Of a stretch of DNA of 58,309 nucleotides, positions 17,718 through 28,600 are shown piece by piece; positions within the stretch are counted from its first letter, which is position 1, and every line of letters begins with the position of its first letter. Location of the stretch: assembly GCA_013203355.1 (NCBI GenBank), contig JABMQH010000075.1:1-58309 (forward strand), given 5' to 3'. A model generated the notes under the pieces. That model was given only the letters and a program-made list of their open reading frames with translations. It was not told the DNA's origin and searched no databases. Made by a program: the position numbers and the translations under genes. Source of the DNA: Candidatus Omnitrophota bacterium. GTDB taxonomy: Bacteria; Omnitrophota; Gorgyraeia; JABMQH01.

Positions 17718-19484
17718 CTATGTAGCCCAGTCCATCTTGCCTATTTCCCTGAGTATGATCTTCATCGTAACAAAACAGATTATTATCGCAATCAGCCCTC
17801 TTATGTACTGGCCCATCACCAACCAGCCTAAACCAAAGAGTGCTGAATAAATACTTATCGAAGTCAAAAGCCAGTTAAATATTTCCCGCCGGCCTATTTT
17901 CATAGCGTTCACATCCGGACATTTCTTGGCAATAGGCCCCCACCAGCCTCCGGGTTTTACCCTCCTGTAGAATTTCTCCAGATGCTCCTCCGGTTCAGGT
18001 GGTGTCAAAAACGCAACTAACAGTGCTATCGCTGTGCATGAAACAATCGTGATGACAAGCCTGATCGGGTAATAATCATCCGTACCCAATACGGGTACTC
18101 TTAAAAGTGCGAGCGCTATGGTAGCGGTAGAGATCAAAGAGGCGAATTCGCACCAAACGTTTATCCTCCACCAATACCAGCGCAGGAGCACAATAATAGC
18201 CGTTCCCACCATAAGCGACATTACAAAAAGCCAGGCAGAGTAAATGGATTTCATCATTAAACAGGCGGATCCGGCTAAAATAGTCATAAATATTATGGAA
18301 AGCCTCGACATCCAGACATAATGTTTCTCTGATGCGCCTTTTACAAGAAATCTTTTATATATGTCATTTACAAGATAGGATGCGCCCCAGTTTATATGCG
18401 TGACTACCGTTGACATAAACGCCGCCAGGAATGCCGCAACCATCATGCCGCGTAAGCCGTTTGGCAGAAATTTAACCATCATCCGCGGATATGCTGTTTC
18501 CGGATCGGCAATGTTCGGGAAGTATATAAGAGAGGCAAGGCCAACAACAATCCATGGCCATGGCCTTATAGCGTAATGCGCAAAATTATACCACAAAACG
18601 GCCAGGAGGGAATGCTTTTCATTCTTACAGGAAAACAGCCTCTGCGCCAAAAATCCGCCGCCTTCTCCCCCGCCCCACCATTGGACCAATATGAATACCA
18701 AAAATGTTATAACCGCAAGGTTTGAGGATTCCAGATTGGGGAATATATTAACAAGCTGGGACGACTCAACAACCCGTGACTGAACCCCTGCGGCGTTTGC
18801 CGCCTCGGCAGCTGCAATAGATTTTGTAATTAAGGCCGCTGGGCCGCCTGTCTTTACCATAACGATACCTGCTAATATTATAGATCCCGTCATTGCCAAT
18901 ATAAACTGGAAGAAATCGGTCGCTATAACACCCCAAAGTCCGGAGAAGAAAATATATATTATGGCAATAAACACCAGGGCCCATGTTGACATAACCTTTG
19001 GCCAGCCTAAAAGGACGTGCACGATTTTATACATGGCCAGGATTACCCAACCCAGCACAATGGAATTCCAGAATATCGAACGGTAAAAAGCGTGAAATCC
19101 CCTTAAAAATGCAGCGGGTTTGCCGTGATACCTGATTTCCATAAACTCAGCGTCAGTTATCAGGTTTGCCCGTCTCCATAGCCGTGCATAGAAAAATACG
19201 CAGAGCACACCACCCATAATTCCGCTCCACCAATACCAATTGCCCTGAAGCCCTCTGGTTCTTACGATCGCGGTAATAGCCAAAGGCGTATCTGCGGCAA
19301 AGCTGGTAGCGACTATAGAAGTGCCTGCAAGCCACCAATTAACTTCTCTTCCTGCAACAAAATATTCCAAGAGCCCCTTAGAGCCGCGTTTTGTAAAATA
19401 CAACCCTACCGCGATGGAAATCATCATGTAGATGATAATAATGCTCCAATCTACCTTGGAAAGTACCATTAATGTACCACCCAT
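17718..19484 (-). CDS. sodium:solute symporter family (SSS) transporter
   Basis: 588 aa with about 13 TM helices. The N-terminal block YFVAGREVNWWLAGTSIVATSFAADTPL is typical of SSS. AGGAGA lies 8 nt before the ATG. Confidence 0.8.
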   Translation of the reverse strand: MGGTLMVLSKVDWSIIIIYMMISIAVGLYFTKRGSKGLLEYFVAGREVNWWLAGTSIVATSFAADTPLAITAIVRTRGLQGNWYWWSGIMGGVLCVFFYARLWRRANLITDAEFMEIRYHGKPAAFLRGFHAFYRSIFWNSIVLGWVILAMYKIVHVLLGWPKVMSTWALVFIAIIYIFFSGLWGVIATDFFQFILAMTGSIILAGIVMVKTGGPAALITKSIAAAEAANAAGVQSRVVESSQLVNIFPNLESSNLAVITFLVFILVQWWGGGEGGGFLAQRLFSCKNEKHSLLAVLWYNFAHYAIRPWPWIVVGLASLIYFPNIADPETAYPRMMVKFLPNGLRGMMVAAFLAAFMSTVVTHINWGASYLVNDIYKRFLVKGASEKHYVWMSRLSIIFMTILAGSACLMMKSIYSAWLFVMSLMVGTAIIVLLRWYWWRINVWCEFASLISTATIALALLRVPVLGTDDYYPIRLVITIVSCTAIALLVAFLTPPEPEEHLEKFYRRVKPGGWWGPIAKKCPDVNAMKIGRREIFNWLLTSISIYSALFGLGWLVMGQYIRGLIAIIICFVTMKIILREIGKMDWAT

Positions 19485-19538
19485 AATTTTATTCTCCTAT
19501 ATTAAGTTATTATACACATATAATATATAAAAAATGGT

Positions 19539-19572
19539 GGATATATTATAACATATCCACCAAAATTCAAGC
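19539..19572 (-). terminator. Rho-independent terminator of the 3749-aa gene
   Basis: On the minus strand: TGGTGGATAT-gttataat-ATATCCACCA (10 bp stem, 8 nt loop) followed by TTTTTT. It lies 42 nt after the stop codon. Confidence 0.65.
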
Positions 19573-19613
19573 AAGGGGAAAATAACGCCTAAATTGAACC
19601 GACCGTTACCTTA

Positions 19614-22600
19614 TTATATATTTTCTGCAGTTTGTTCTGGTCCCTTCCCTAAGTCGTCTAGTCCTGCCGCACCAGCTGCAGGCTGCTTAGGCTTTCCATT
19701 TGGCACCCATTGATATTCTACCTTGCCCGCACCTTCGGGTGAGAGGCGAAGCCATCGACCTTTTGTAAACTCATCATTTGCCATCTCCCAACGGCCTTCA
19801 CTCAGGTGTGTTGTAAATCTTGCGATACCTCTTTCTAGCTGCTCTTGCGTATAGCCGGGGTTCTGATCAGGATCAGCTAACATTGCTTGACATATTTCAA
19901 GCGCTTCTTTTATCTTGGCCACCATAAGTTTATCTACCAGATGCCTTTGGTCTTCAGGCATCGCTGCCTTTGTCTTACTAATTAAATGTCTGAAAATTAC
20001 TCCAGGCATATCTAGAACTCCGCCTATTTCATCATTCTCTAAGCCGGGGCCGTTCTTAAAAGTAAACGCAAGAACGTTTTCGTCTTTTCTTATTCCATTT
20101 TTTACATACGCGCAGAAACCTACCCTGGCTCCAGCCGCTATATCCGTATCCGAAGCTATAAAGGCACTTTCTATTACAACCCTTTCTTTCGCTCCTGTTA
20201 TGCCTATAGTTGAACCACCTCCTATATTGGCAACATTGGCAACATATACAGTCTCCCCATCTATTTCCGCTTTAATCTCAGGGAAATCCGTATTACGAAT
20301 TGCTGTAGCCATATGGTGGTCTGCTAGACCTGTTGCGCCATTTGTTAACTCGGTCCCAACGGTTGAATCAATAAATGGGCTTCCTATAGTACCGGCACTT
20401 CTACCTCCTACAACTACAGCGCGTGGTTCAAACTTTGTTCCATCGGCTGCAGTGTTTCTTTCTATCAAATTATGAGAAGACGTTACATCATCTCCAAGCT
20501 GAGAATTACGTATACGTGAATTTGAGTGCTTATTGTTTTCGCCTATTGTTACATTTTCTCCTACACAATTCTCAATCTCTGAATTTGCTCCCACTGTAAC
20601 ATTGTCGAGATGGGAACCCCATACGGTTACTCCTGGTCCAATTACTGTGTTGCCTGTGAGCCTGGTCCCTGGAAGAAGTCTCGCAGTTGGATGCACCTCC
20701 ACCGCTGCATCGACATACGTTATTTGTGTTCTTGATCTCAGGGCTTGTGTTTTTACTATATCCGTCCGAATAGGTTCTCTTGCAACACCTTGACGCCTAA
20801 CATCCAATATCTGTGGCATCATTGTCTGTGCGTACTGGTGATGATTTGCGATAAGTCCATCCGCGATCAATTTGGTTAATAGCGGCTTACATCTGTCACT
20901 TGTATACATCGCAGTCGCAGCATCGTAATTCCACTCTGAAATAAACTTACCATTGCGAAATTCCCACGCTCTACTGTCCAAATGTGTTTTATATAAAGCT
21001 AATGCCTGCTGTAGTGTATCCCTTCTCGCTTCGAGTTTCGCCTTTGCTTCGGAACCGTCGCCCTCTGCAGCAATCAATGGCTCAAGCGCAGATAAGGCCT
21101 TTGTGCAAATAACCATACCTGTCCTAAGCATCTTCTCTGGAAAATCATCCAACACCTTAAGTACCTCATCTGGATCCGTATCATCCAGTTTTGCTTTCGC
21201 GTGAACTTTGGTGACCATATTTTCCATCATTCTTATAATCGCATGCGGACTATACGTAAAGGTCCATCCGGGAGTGGTATCTCTCGGACTAAGCCCATGT
21301 CTGGCCTCACCCGGTAGTATCTGGCCCCAGACCTCCCTTCCCTGATGTGCGGCTACACTAAATGGATTAATAACGGTTAGGTTCGGCTCCATGGCATGTT
21401 CCCAAGTTGTCAAATCCAGTTGTCTAGATAAAGCTATAATTCTTGTGTCCGGGGCAATTATACAGGATGGTTTAACAAAAACCGTACCGTGGTCGCTTAT
21501 GTCTCCTACTCCTGTAATGCGAGTGACGTAGTCACCCTGCGCAACCGCCTTCTCACCCTGATAATCTGAGAAGATAGCATACTCGCCCACAGGACTTACA
21601 TTAGGCAAACCCTCTATAAATTCTGGAACTACATTATCACCTTGTAAATCCAGTGCTAAAACCTTGTTTGTGAATACTCCTGTAACAAAAGCCATTCTCT
21701 TGATCTCTAATCCCCAGCCAAGCCAGGACTCAGCCACCTCTGTGGGGCCTATTATATTCACTAAATCCTCTGCATGAACCAATTCCACCTTGGCTCTTAC
21801 AATATTACATTGTCTGCCTATTTCGCTATGAGATACGTCGCTTTCTTCCACTACTGACCCCTTACCAACTCTGGTATTAATAAGATTGGACTGTCCTGTT
21901 ACTTTAGCTTCTGTTTCTATAACAGTCCTATCGTTAGCAACGCGGTACTCGCTATCCGCGTACCCCCATTTCTTTTTCTTTTCCACCGTCTTTAAAGTGG
22001 AATCCGAAATTATTGCCCTCTTCTCTACGTCAACATCATCCAACTTGCTGCGTTTGATTTGTGCACCCTGCTCAACTATGGAATTGGCGACAACGCTATT
22101 CTCGGAAATCCTTACATCTGAACCTATAACTGTCTTCATGCCTGTTACTATGCTTCCGCTTCCTATAAAAGCAGTCTCATCTATATTTCTAAGATCGACA
22201 TCCTTGGCTATCATTCCTCCTTGCTGTGTTTCATAGTAGTGGCCGTTATCGGTAAGGTTCAATTTAGCCATTCGTTCTGCTCTTTCCGCAGGAGGCATTG
22301 CTACTGCTGCTTCTACCACAGGAGTTCCTGCGGTAAGCCGCGCAAAGGAAAATTCAGAAGACGTTGATCTATTAAGTTCATTCGCAAAGATCGTCGCTAA
22401 TGTCATCTGGCTGAAATTTGTCAGTTCGTTGGGTGAATCGGGTATCGTCAGAATAAGTGCTCCTCGATTTTCAAGGAAGTCCACTGCCGGTTTTGCCTCT
22501 GCCCCATCCTGTACATCCGATTCCTTTACCACCACTATCAGGCTGGCGGCCCTCGTATCGTTTCTGTTTGCATCAACAACAGCTGCGGTCAGCGTCCTGG

Positions 22601-25600
22601 AATCGGTACCTAATACAACAACCAAGGCATCTTGGTATTTCGAAGCCGGGGCCTCTGTCGGATGAGGAGTAAACTCTGAATTCCTACCCGCTTTATTAAT
22701 CTGATCCAAAAATTTCTTTACCGTGTTCCACACCGCTGCCAGAGGTCCATGCACAGATTCATCTACAGGAAGGGCTTCTGCTTCAACACCGGCTATACGA
22801 TGCAACATAGACCCCCAGACCAACGCACTTGCATAATCCTGGCCGCCACCAATGATCTGAACCGTCCTATGCTGCATATCAAATTTATTCCTCCTCAAGT
22901 CAACGAGGCGCTGTCGCAAACGTCCAATCTGAGCTTCATTGGTAACAACTTGCCGTGACAACTCTCTAGCAGAGGTTAGGCCTACTTCGTAATCCTTCAT
23001 ATTTAGCGAGCCTTTTTGCCAACCCAGATAAACCCCAAAGCTCATCAACGACATATAGTACATTCCTGTAGTAGATGTTGCGTCCAAGTCATTGGGCAGG
23101 ACAATTGAGCCAAAACTGTTATTTCCATATGCCAGGACGCCTGGCGAGCGCCCATCAGTAATAGCAAATATGGGTGTCCCTTCAGGGACGTTTTCCTCTA
23201 ACACCTGCAGAATAAGCTCTTCGCCAATCGCATCCCCGGGCACTGCTTGTTGATCTGCATTACGGCCTTCAACCGGATCTTCGATATCAGGGATCTCTGC
23301 ATTTCTGCCCCAGGGTCTATTGTTCGACCGCCGCAGGACGACAACCACGGTATTTTCATCAATATCTGATGCAAGATCATAATCGCGTGGATTGTGGACT
23401 ATTACATTTACCCCTGCCAGTGTAGGTTTAACTGCTTCAAACACAAGTCCTTGTGTTTTATTCGCCGTAATCTTATACTCCCTGCCGTCGAAAAATGCTT
23501 TCAGCTGCTGTTGAAATTCCCTAGAAAACTGTCCTTCGTCAACCGTTGCAAATTCTATTAGCTGATCCTCACCCTTAACTTTTTTAACACCATCTTCCCC
23601 AATACCATTAATTTCTATTGGGCCACCTATTGGCTGGCCATGTTTAGTTTTTTGAATATAAAAATTGCGCGTACGAAAATTAAACGTAACGGTATAATAT
23701 TCTCCATTGACGGCAACATTTCCTACTGTCTGAGTCTCCATCGGTGTTCCGGTAGCCGGATCCTTAGGCCGATCAAAGAGACCTGCTCCTGTTATTCGAA
23801 AATCTGCGTGTCCCAAGGGGCCTGCAGCCATAATAGCTGCTGTATTACCATCGACCACTTCTTCAGTGATCACAACTACTTTTTTTATGTTCTCTGGACC
23901 AAATTGCTTAATGGCACTATCGTTGAATGTGCTGTAGCCAGCCATGCCGCCGACAGTGTTAGGAAGACACCTTCGTGTAACATTATCATATACTAATGGA
24001 AGTCTGGCTATGGCCTTATCGATTGATTTTGCCAATGTGGCCCAGTAAGCAGCAATCGCCTGCTGGTGCTGCACAACAAGCTCTTCAATAGCAACACCTT
24101 GAAGTTCGCTCATATATTGAAACATTTCATAGAGAACGCCGGGGACTTTAATACCTTTTACCGTGACAGATTTGGCGAGATTACGTGAACTATCAATTTC
24201 TGTATCCGATAAACCTGCTTGCCTAGCAAACGCTACCGCAGACTTAAAAAAGAACGTTGCATCGACAACAGCCTGGAGGGCGGGATGAACTCTATCAACC
24301 CCAAAAATCTGGACGCGGTCGCGACCATCGCCGCCTTCTGCTACAGGATCTATACCCGCTTCTTGCTTTAAAGTTTGTAGTTGTTCCCAAAATTCATTTT
24401 TCTCATCGCCTTCAAAATCATCCTCGTTAAAAGTTTGCACGATAAAATCAAGGCCAAGCTCTTTGCATCTTCTTATAAGCGCTAGTGCCTCATCAAACCG
24501 TGTAGGGTCGGTAACTTGAATAACGATCGGCCATCTCAGTTTATTTTTAGCAATAAACTCTAGAAGATTCCATGCAGTATCCTCGCCATAATCATAAGCC
24601 TTACCGAGAATCCAGCGTGTCTCCTCCCATTTTAATTCACCTTCCTCTATAATAGGATTATTGTGCTTACTGCCGAATACCAGAGCACCGCTCCCATTCC
24701 GATAGCGTTTGCCTTCGGCCATAATCCAACTATTCGGGTCCTCTGGATCTAATTGCGGATCTCTTACTTGTGCTGTTAGTATTTCCGGCATTTGCTGTTG
24801 TTGTTGCACAATTGTCATGCGCTCTGCCTGCACCTGCTGTCTTTGTTCTTCTTGGAGCGCGCCATCGCGCATTTGGCTAAGCTGAACACCGAGGATACCA
24901 AGATCAAATAGGATGCCCAAGAATCCTTTCGTGGTAAAGACGGCTCTCTCTTCTCCGGTCTTTACGTGAATTGTACCTGCCGAGTCAGCGGTGAGCGTTC
25001 CAATATCCGACTTAGGTTTTCCAGTAAGAGAAGCGGTGCATACCCCGTGACTGTCCTTAGCCTGCGTCAAGGCATCGAGCGTCAATGCCGTGGAACCGGA
25101 CCAGCTAATACCGACAACAAAATCGTGTTTTTCATCATAATGCTGGTTAGTAGAGACGAGATGACCCGGACCTACGGGAATAATTTCAACGCCGGGTAAA
25201 AGGGTTTTGAAAAGTCGCTGAACACATTTTGCATCTCTTTCAGAGCTTCCGATACCAGTAATAAACATTCGTTCAAGCCCCTCAAGATTCTCACCAAATC
25301 GTGCCTTTAACTCATCAATATCAATACCATATCGCTTGAAAACTCCCTTAACCTTTTCCATTGACATATCAACGGTCCCATCGGGCTGAATATAATTGGC
25401 CACACTCCTTAAAACAATCCATGGGATTTCATTGATGTGTTTCTCGGCATAGGTCCTAAATTTACCCTTATCAGCTATATCAATAGGGATTAAATCTTCC
25501 TCATCTTTTATTTCATCTGTTGTGGTTGGATCGATAGGGGTACCCAAGAACTTAGTATACTCAAGATTAACTTCCCAGTCATCAGTTGCTTCATTGAGCC

Positions 25601-28600
25601 TTTTTGATATTGAAACGACCTTTTGTTTGCCTTTAAGGGTTACCACGCGGGCGCTATATTTGTTTCTAATCACGTCCTTCTTGGTTTCCACTTCTTTGTC
25701 GATTTCTCGAACCCTTATGTTAAAAGCCTCGATTGCCTGGGCTACTTGCGGCTCATAGGAAGCTCCTAATTCCGCTTGCTTTCCAGCGAGCACTTCAAGT
25801 GCTGCATCCCTCGCTGCTCTAGCTTCGTCCACCGCCGCCATACCGTCTTCATCTATCTGATTAAGATCTCTTACATCGGCATCTATTTGTTGAGTGTCCC
25901 ATAACCGCAAGGCAGAACTGGGATCAGAGGTAACCTGGTATTTAGCGTCGACTACTTTCCCCTTTACAACTTCAGTTCTAATGACTACATAAAGAGGCCT
26001 TTCATGGCTTACGATAATGTGTTTATCAGGCATGTGGAGAGAGCGCACATCTGCAGCTATTTCAGATATTTCAGATTCCGGACCAAACACCGTAAGGGCC
26101 ACGCGCAAGGCTATTTCGTCAGGCGACATGAATCTAGTTTTTTTCGATGTCTTGACAATTTCGTTCCACAATGCTGCTAATGTCATCTCCTCCCCTGTCG
26201 CTATTTGTACGTTCCCTTCCAAGAAATTATGCGGGGAGTCTGTATCTGTATACTCTTGGGTTTCGTCACTCCTTCTGGATTCTTCACCACTTATAGCCAT
26301 AGAATCTAGGGCCGCTGCATCGCGAACATACTCCCAGAATACAATAAGCGCTTTGGTGTCGGTAAGAATCCTTTCTCCGTCTTCTGTCATAAAGTCATAA
26401 CCGCGCGCTTCAAGAAACTCTACCATGGCAGCAACGATATTCGGATTTAAGTCACCATTGTGGGCCATGATGCGTGTCGCTCTGCCTCTTTCCTCGGCCG
26501 GCAGAGCCTTGGCTCTTTTTAAACATTCCTGTAAACGTTCTCGCGAGCTCAAAGGTTGTCCACCATCTCCGTTGTGTGTAGGTAAATCTTTAACTATTGA
26601 AGCGATAGCGCTGGCCCTAAGCCCTGACACTCTACCAGTGTCCGTATGCGGTTGCCCATCTTTCTTCTCGTTACTTCCAGTGGTGGCCCATCGATCGTGT
26701 CCTCCTATGTAATCTATATTACTCATGTACCCCAAAGTAATGCTATCAAGGGTGCCGAGTTCGATCCCGTATTTCCTAATAACCGCAATTTTTGCATTAC
26801 CTGGATTTGCCGGAACAACAGATTCCCTCTGGAACCATATCGTCAGCGCCTCAGAAGCCCTGCCAACCATATTAAGCCGTGCCTCTTCGCGCCAGTCAGT
26901 AAACCAATCTTTTGTTCTCCAATCTTTTACGCCCTTGGTTCTCAACAGGGTTCGGTAGTTTTTCTCTACTTCTCCTCGATCTTCTGTCCGCACGGTAAAA
27001 GTGCCTATTAACGATGACTGCAACCTGAAGAGGTGCCGAACAGGATCCAGACTAAATATAGCAGGAACCCTGACAAAACGACCATTGAGAAACTGCTTTA
27101 TGGCATCCCAGCGGACTTGATCGCCTGCGGGAACCTCTTCTCCCCTGATTACCCTATCAATCACCCGCTCGTAGGTCATAACAAGCTCTGCTATCTTTGC
27201 TTCGATGTGTTCTGGATGTTGTCCCATCGCTTGCTCAGCAGCAGTAATTGCTTCTTCTAATTCAAATTTAATAAAATATTTAATATACTCGATATCCAGT
27301 TGATGTTTGTCTTTAAGTCTCCTTACCAAAGCGGGGATATTATTGCGGATTTTATATTCTCTACCACCAAAAAAATCAACTGCTAATCCGACGGGAGAAA
27401 ATCCCATTTGTCCAACCCCAATTGCTTTATTCTTTACGACATGGCCAGCGGCATCAAGCTCTCGAGTATACATCTCAGGTGCGCTGAAATCTGAATGTGC
27501 AGTAACGGCTATGTTTTGGTGGGTTCGCAATGTTTGACGTGCAGCAGTGACCCGCCTATTTATTTCCTGGCGCTCTTTCCGGTTCAGATTTCTCCATTTT
27601 TCATGAAGTGCTGCCAGGTCTTGATCTGTAAGCGGTTTGTGGTCATACAATTTAAGTAATGCTATTTCTAATTGAGGATCTTCACAGTCCGATACAACAG
27701 CTTCACGATTTTCATATAAATAATGCATAGCTCTTTCTTCAAGTCCCTGGCCTCTCATATATATAGCCCTGGCCATTTCTTCAGAGCCACCCATCACCTT
27801 ATTTACCCGGGTGCCAAACTCATCGTTGGTACTAATACCTACATCATCCGATCCCCTATACTCCATCTGCCTCATTGATCCCAGATGCTTACCAAATCCT
27901 GCTCCGATAGTTGTAATAATGCCGCAGGCACCTCTTATCCGTTTCAAATCGGCCCCTTCTAAAAGCCGAAATCCTGCATCACGAGCTTGCATAACCGGCT
28001 GAAGGAGCTTAAGTTCATCACCTAACTCACCATTAACCAGAATATTTCCTGTCCATCTTTGTATAAAATCCCCTATTGGTTCTGTTTGCTGAATCCCATT
28101 ATCTCTATAAGTTATTTCACTTTCACTTATGCTTTCAACTTCGACATAGTGATTTCCTTCTGGATCAGAAGCATTCCTTTTTACATGAGCTATAAATCTC
28201 TGCTGCCCGGTAGCTAGGTGTCTTAAAAGCTCAAAGCCGTTAGCAGTGGGTGCCATTCCGACACCTATTAACTCGCCTAATTCAGCTAATGCAAAGGCCG
28301 TATGATATAACCTGCCCTCTGCATCAATGTGGGCAACTTTGCCTTCCGACTCTGACATATCTATAGCTGTCAAAAACAATGCTGATATATCATTAGAGAC
28401 ATGCGAAGGCGAGGAGTATCGGCCTGTAAAAAGCGGGCTGGCATGTTGGGGATTATGAAGTGCATCGTGTAGGGCTTGTGGGCCGCAGGCCTCTGCAAGC
28501 CGCCTGTTAAGCCTATCCCATTCTTTTCTTGCAGTAGCCTGGAGTGCGGTATTTCCTGGATTGAGTGCTGCTACAATTTCTAAAAGCCAGTTATCAGGGC

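Noticed and set aside
18766-19338. Two same-strand, out-of-frame ORFs (72 and 61 aa) inside the SSS transporter gene.
   Set aside because: They are embedded in a well-supported 13-TM transporter ORF and have Arg/Cys/Gly-rich nonsense-like composition.
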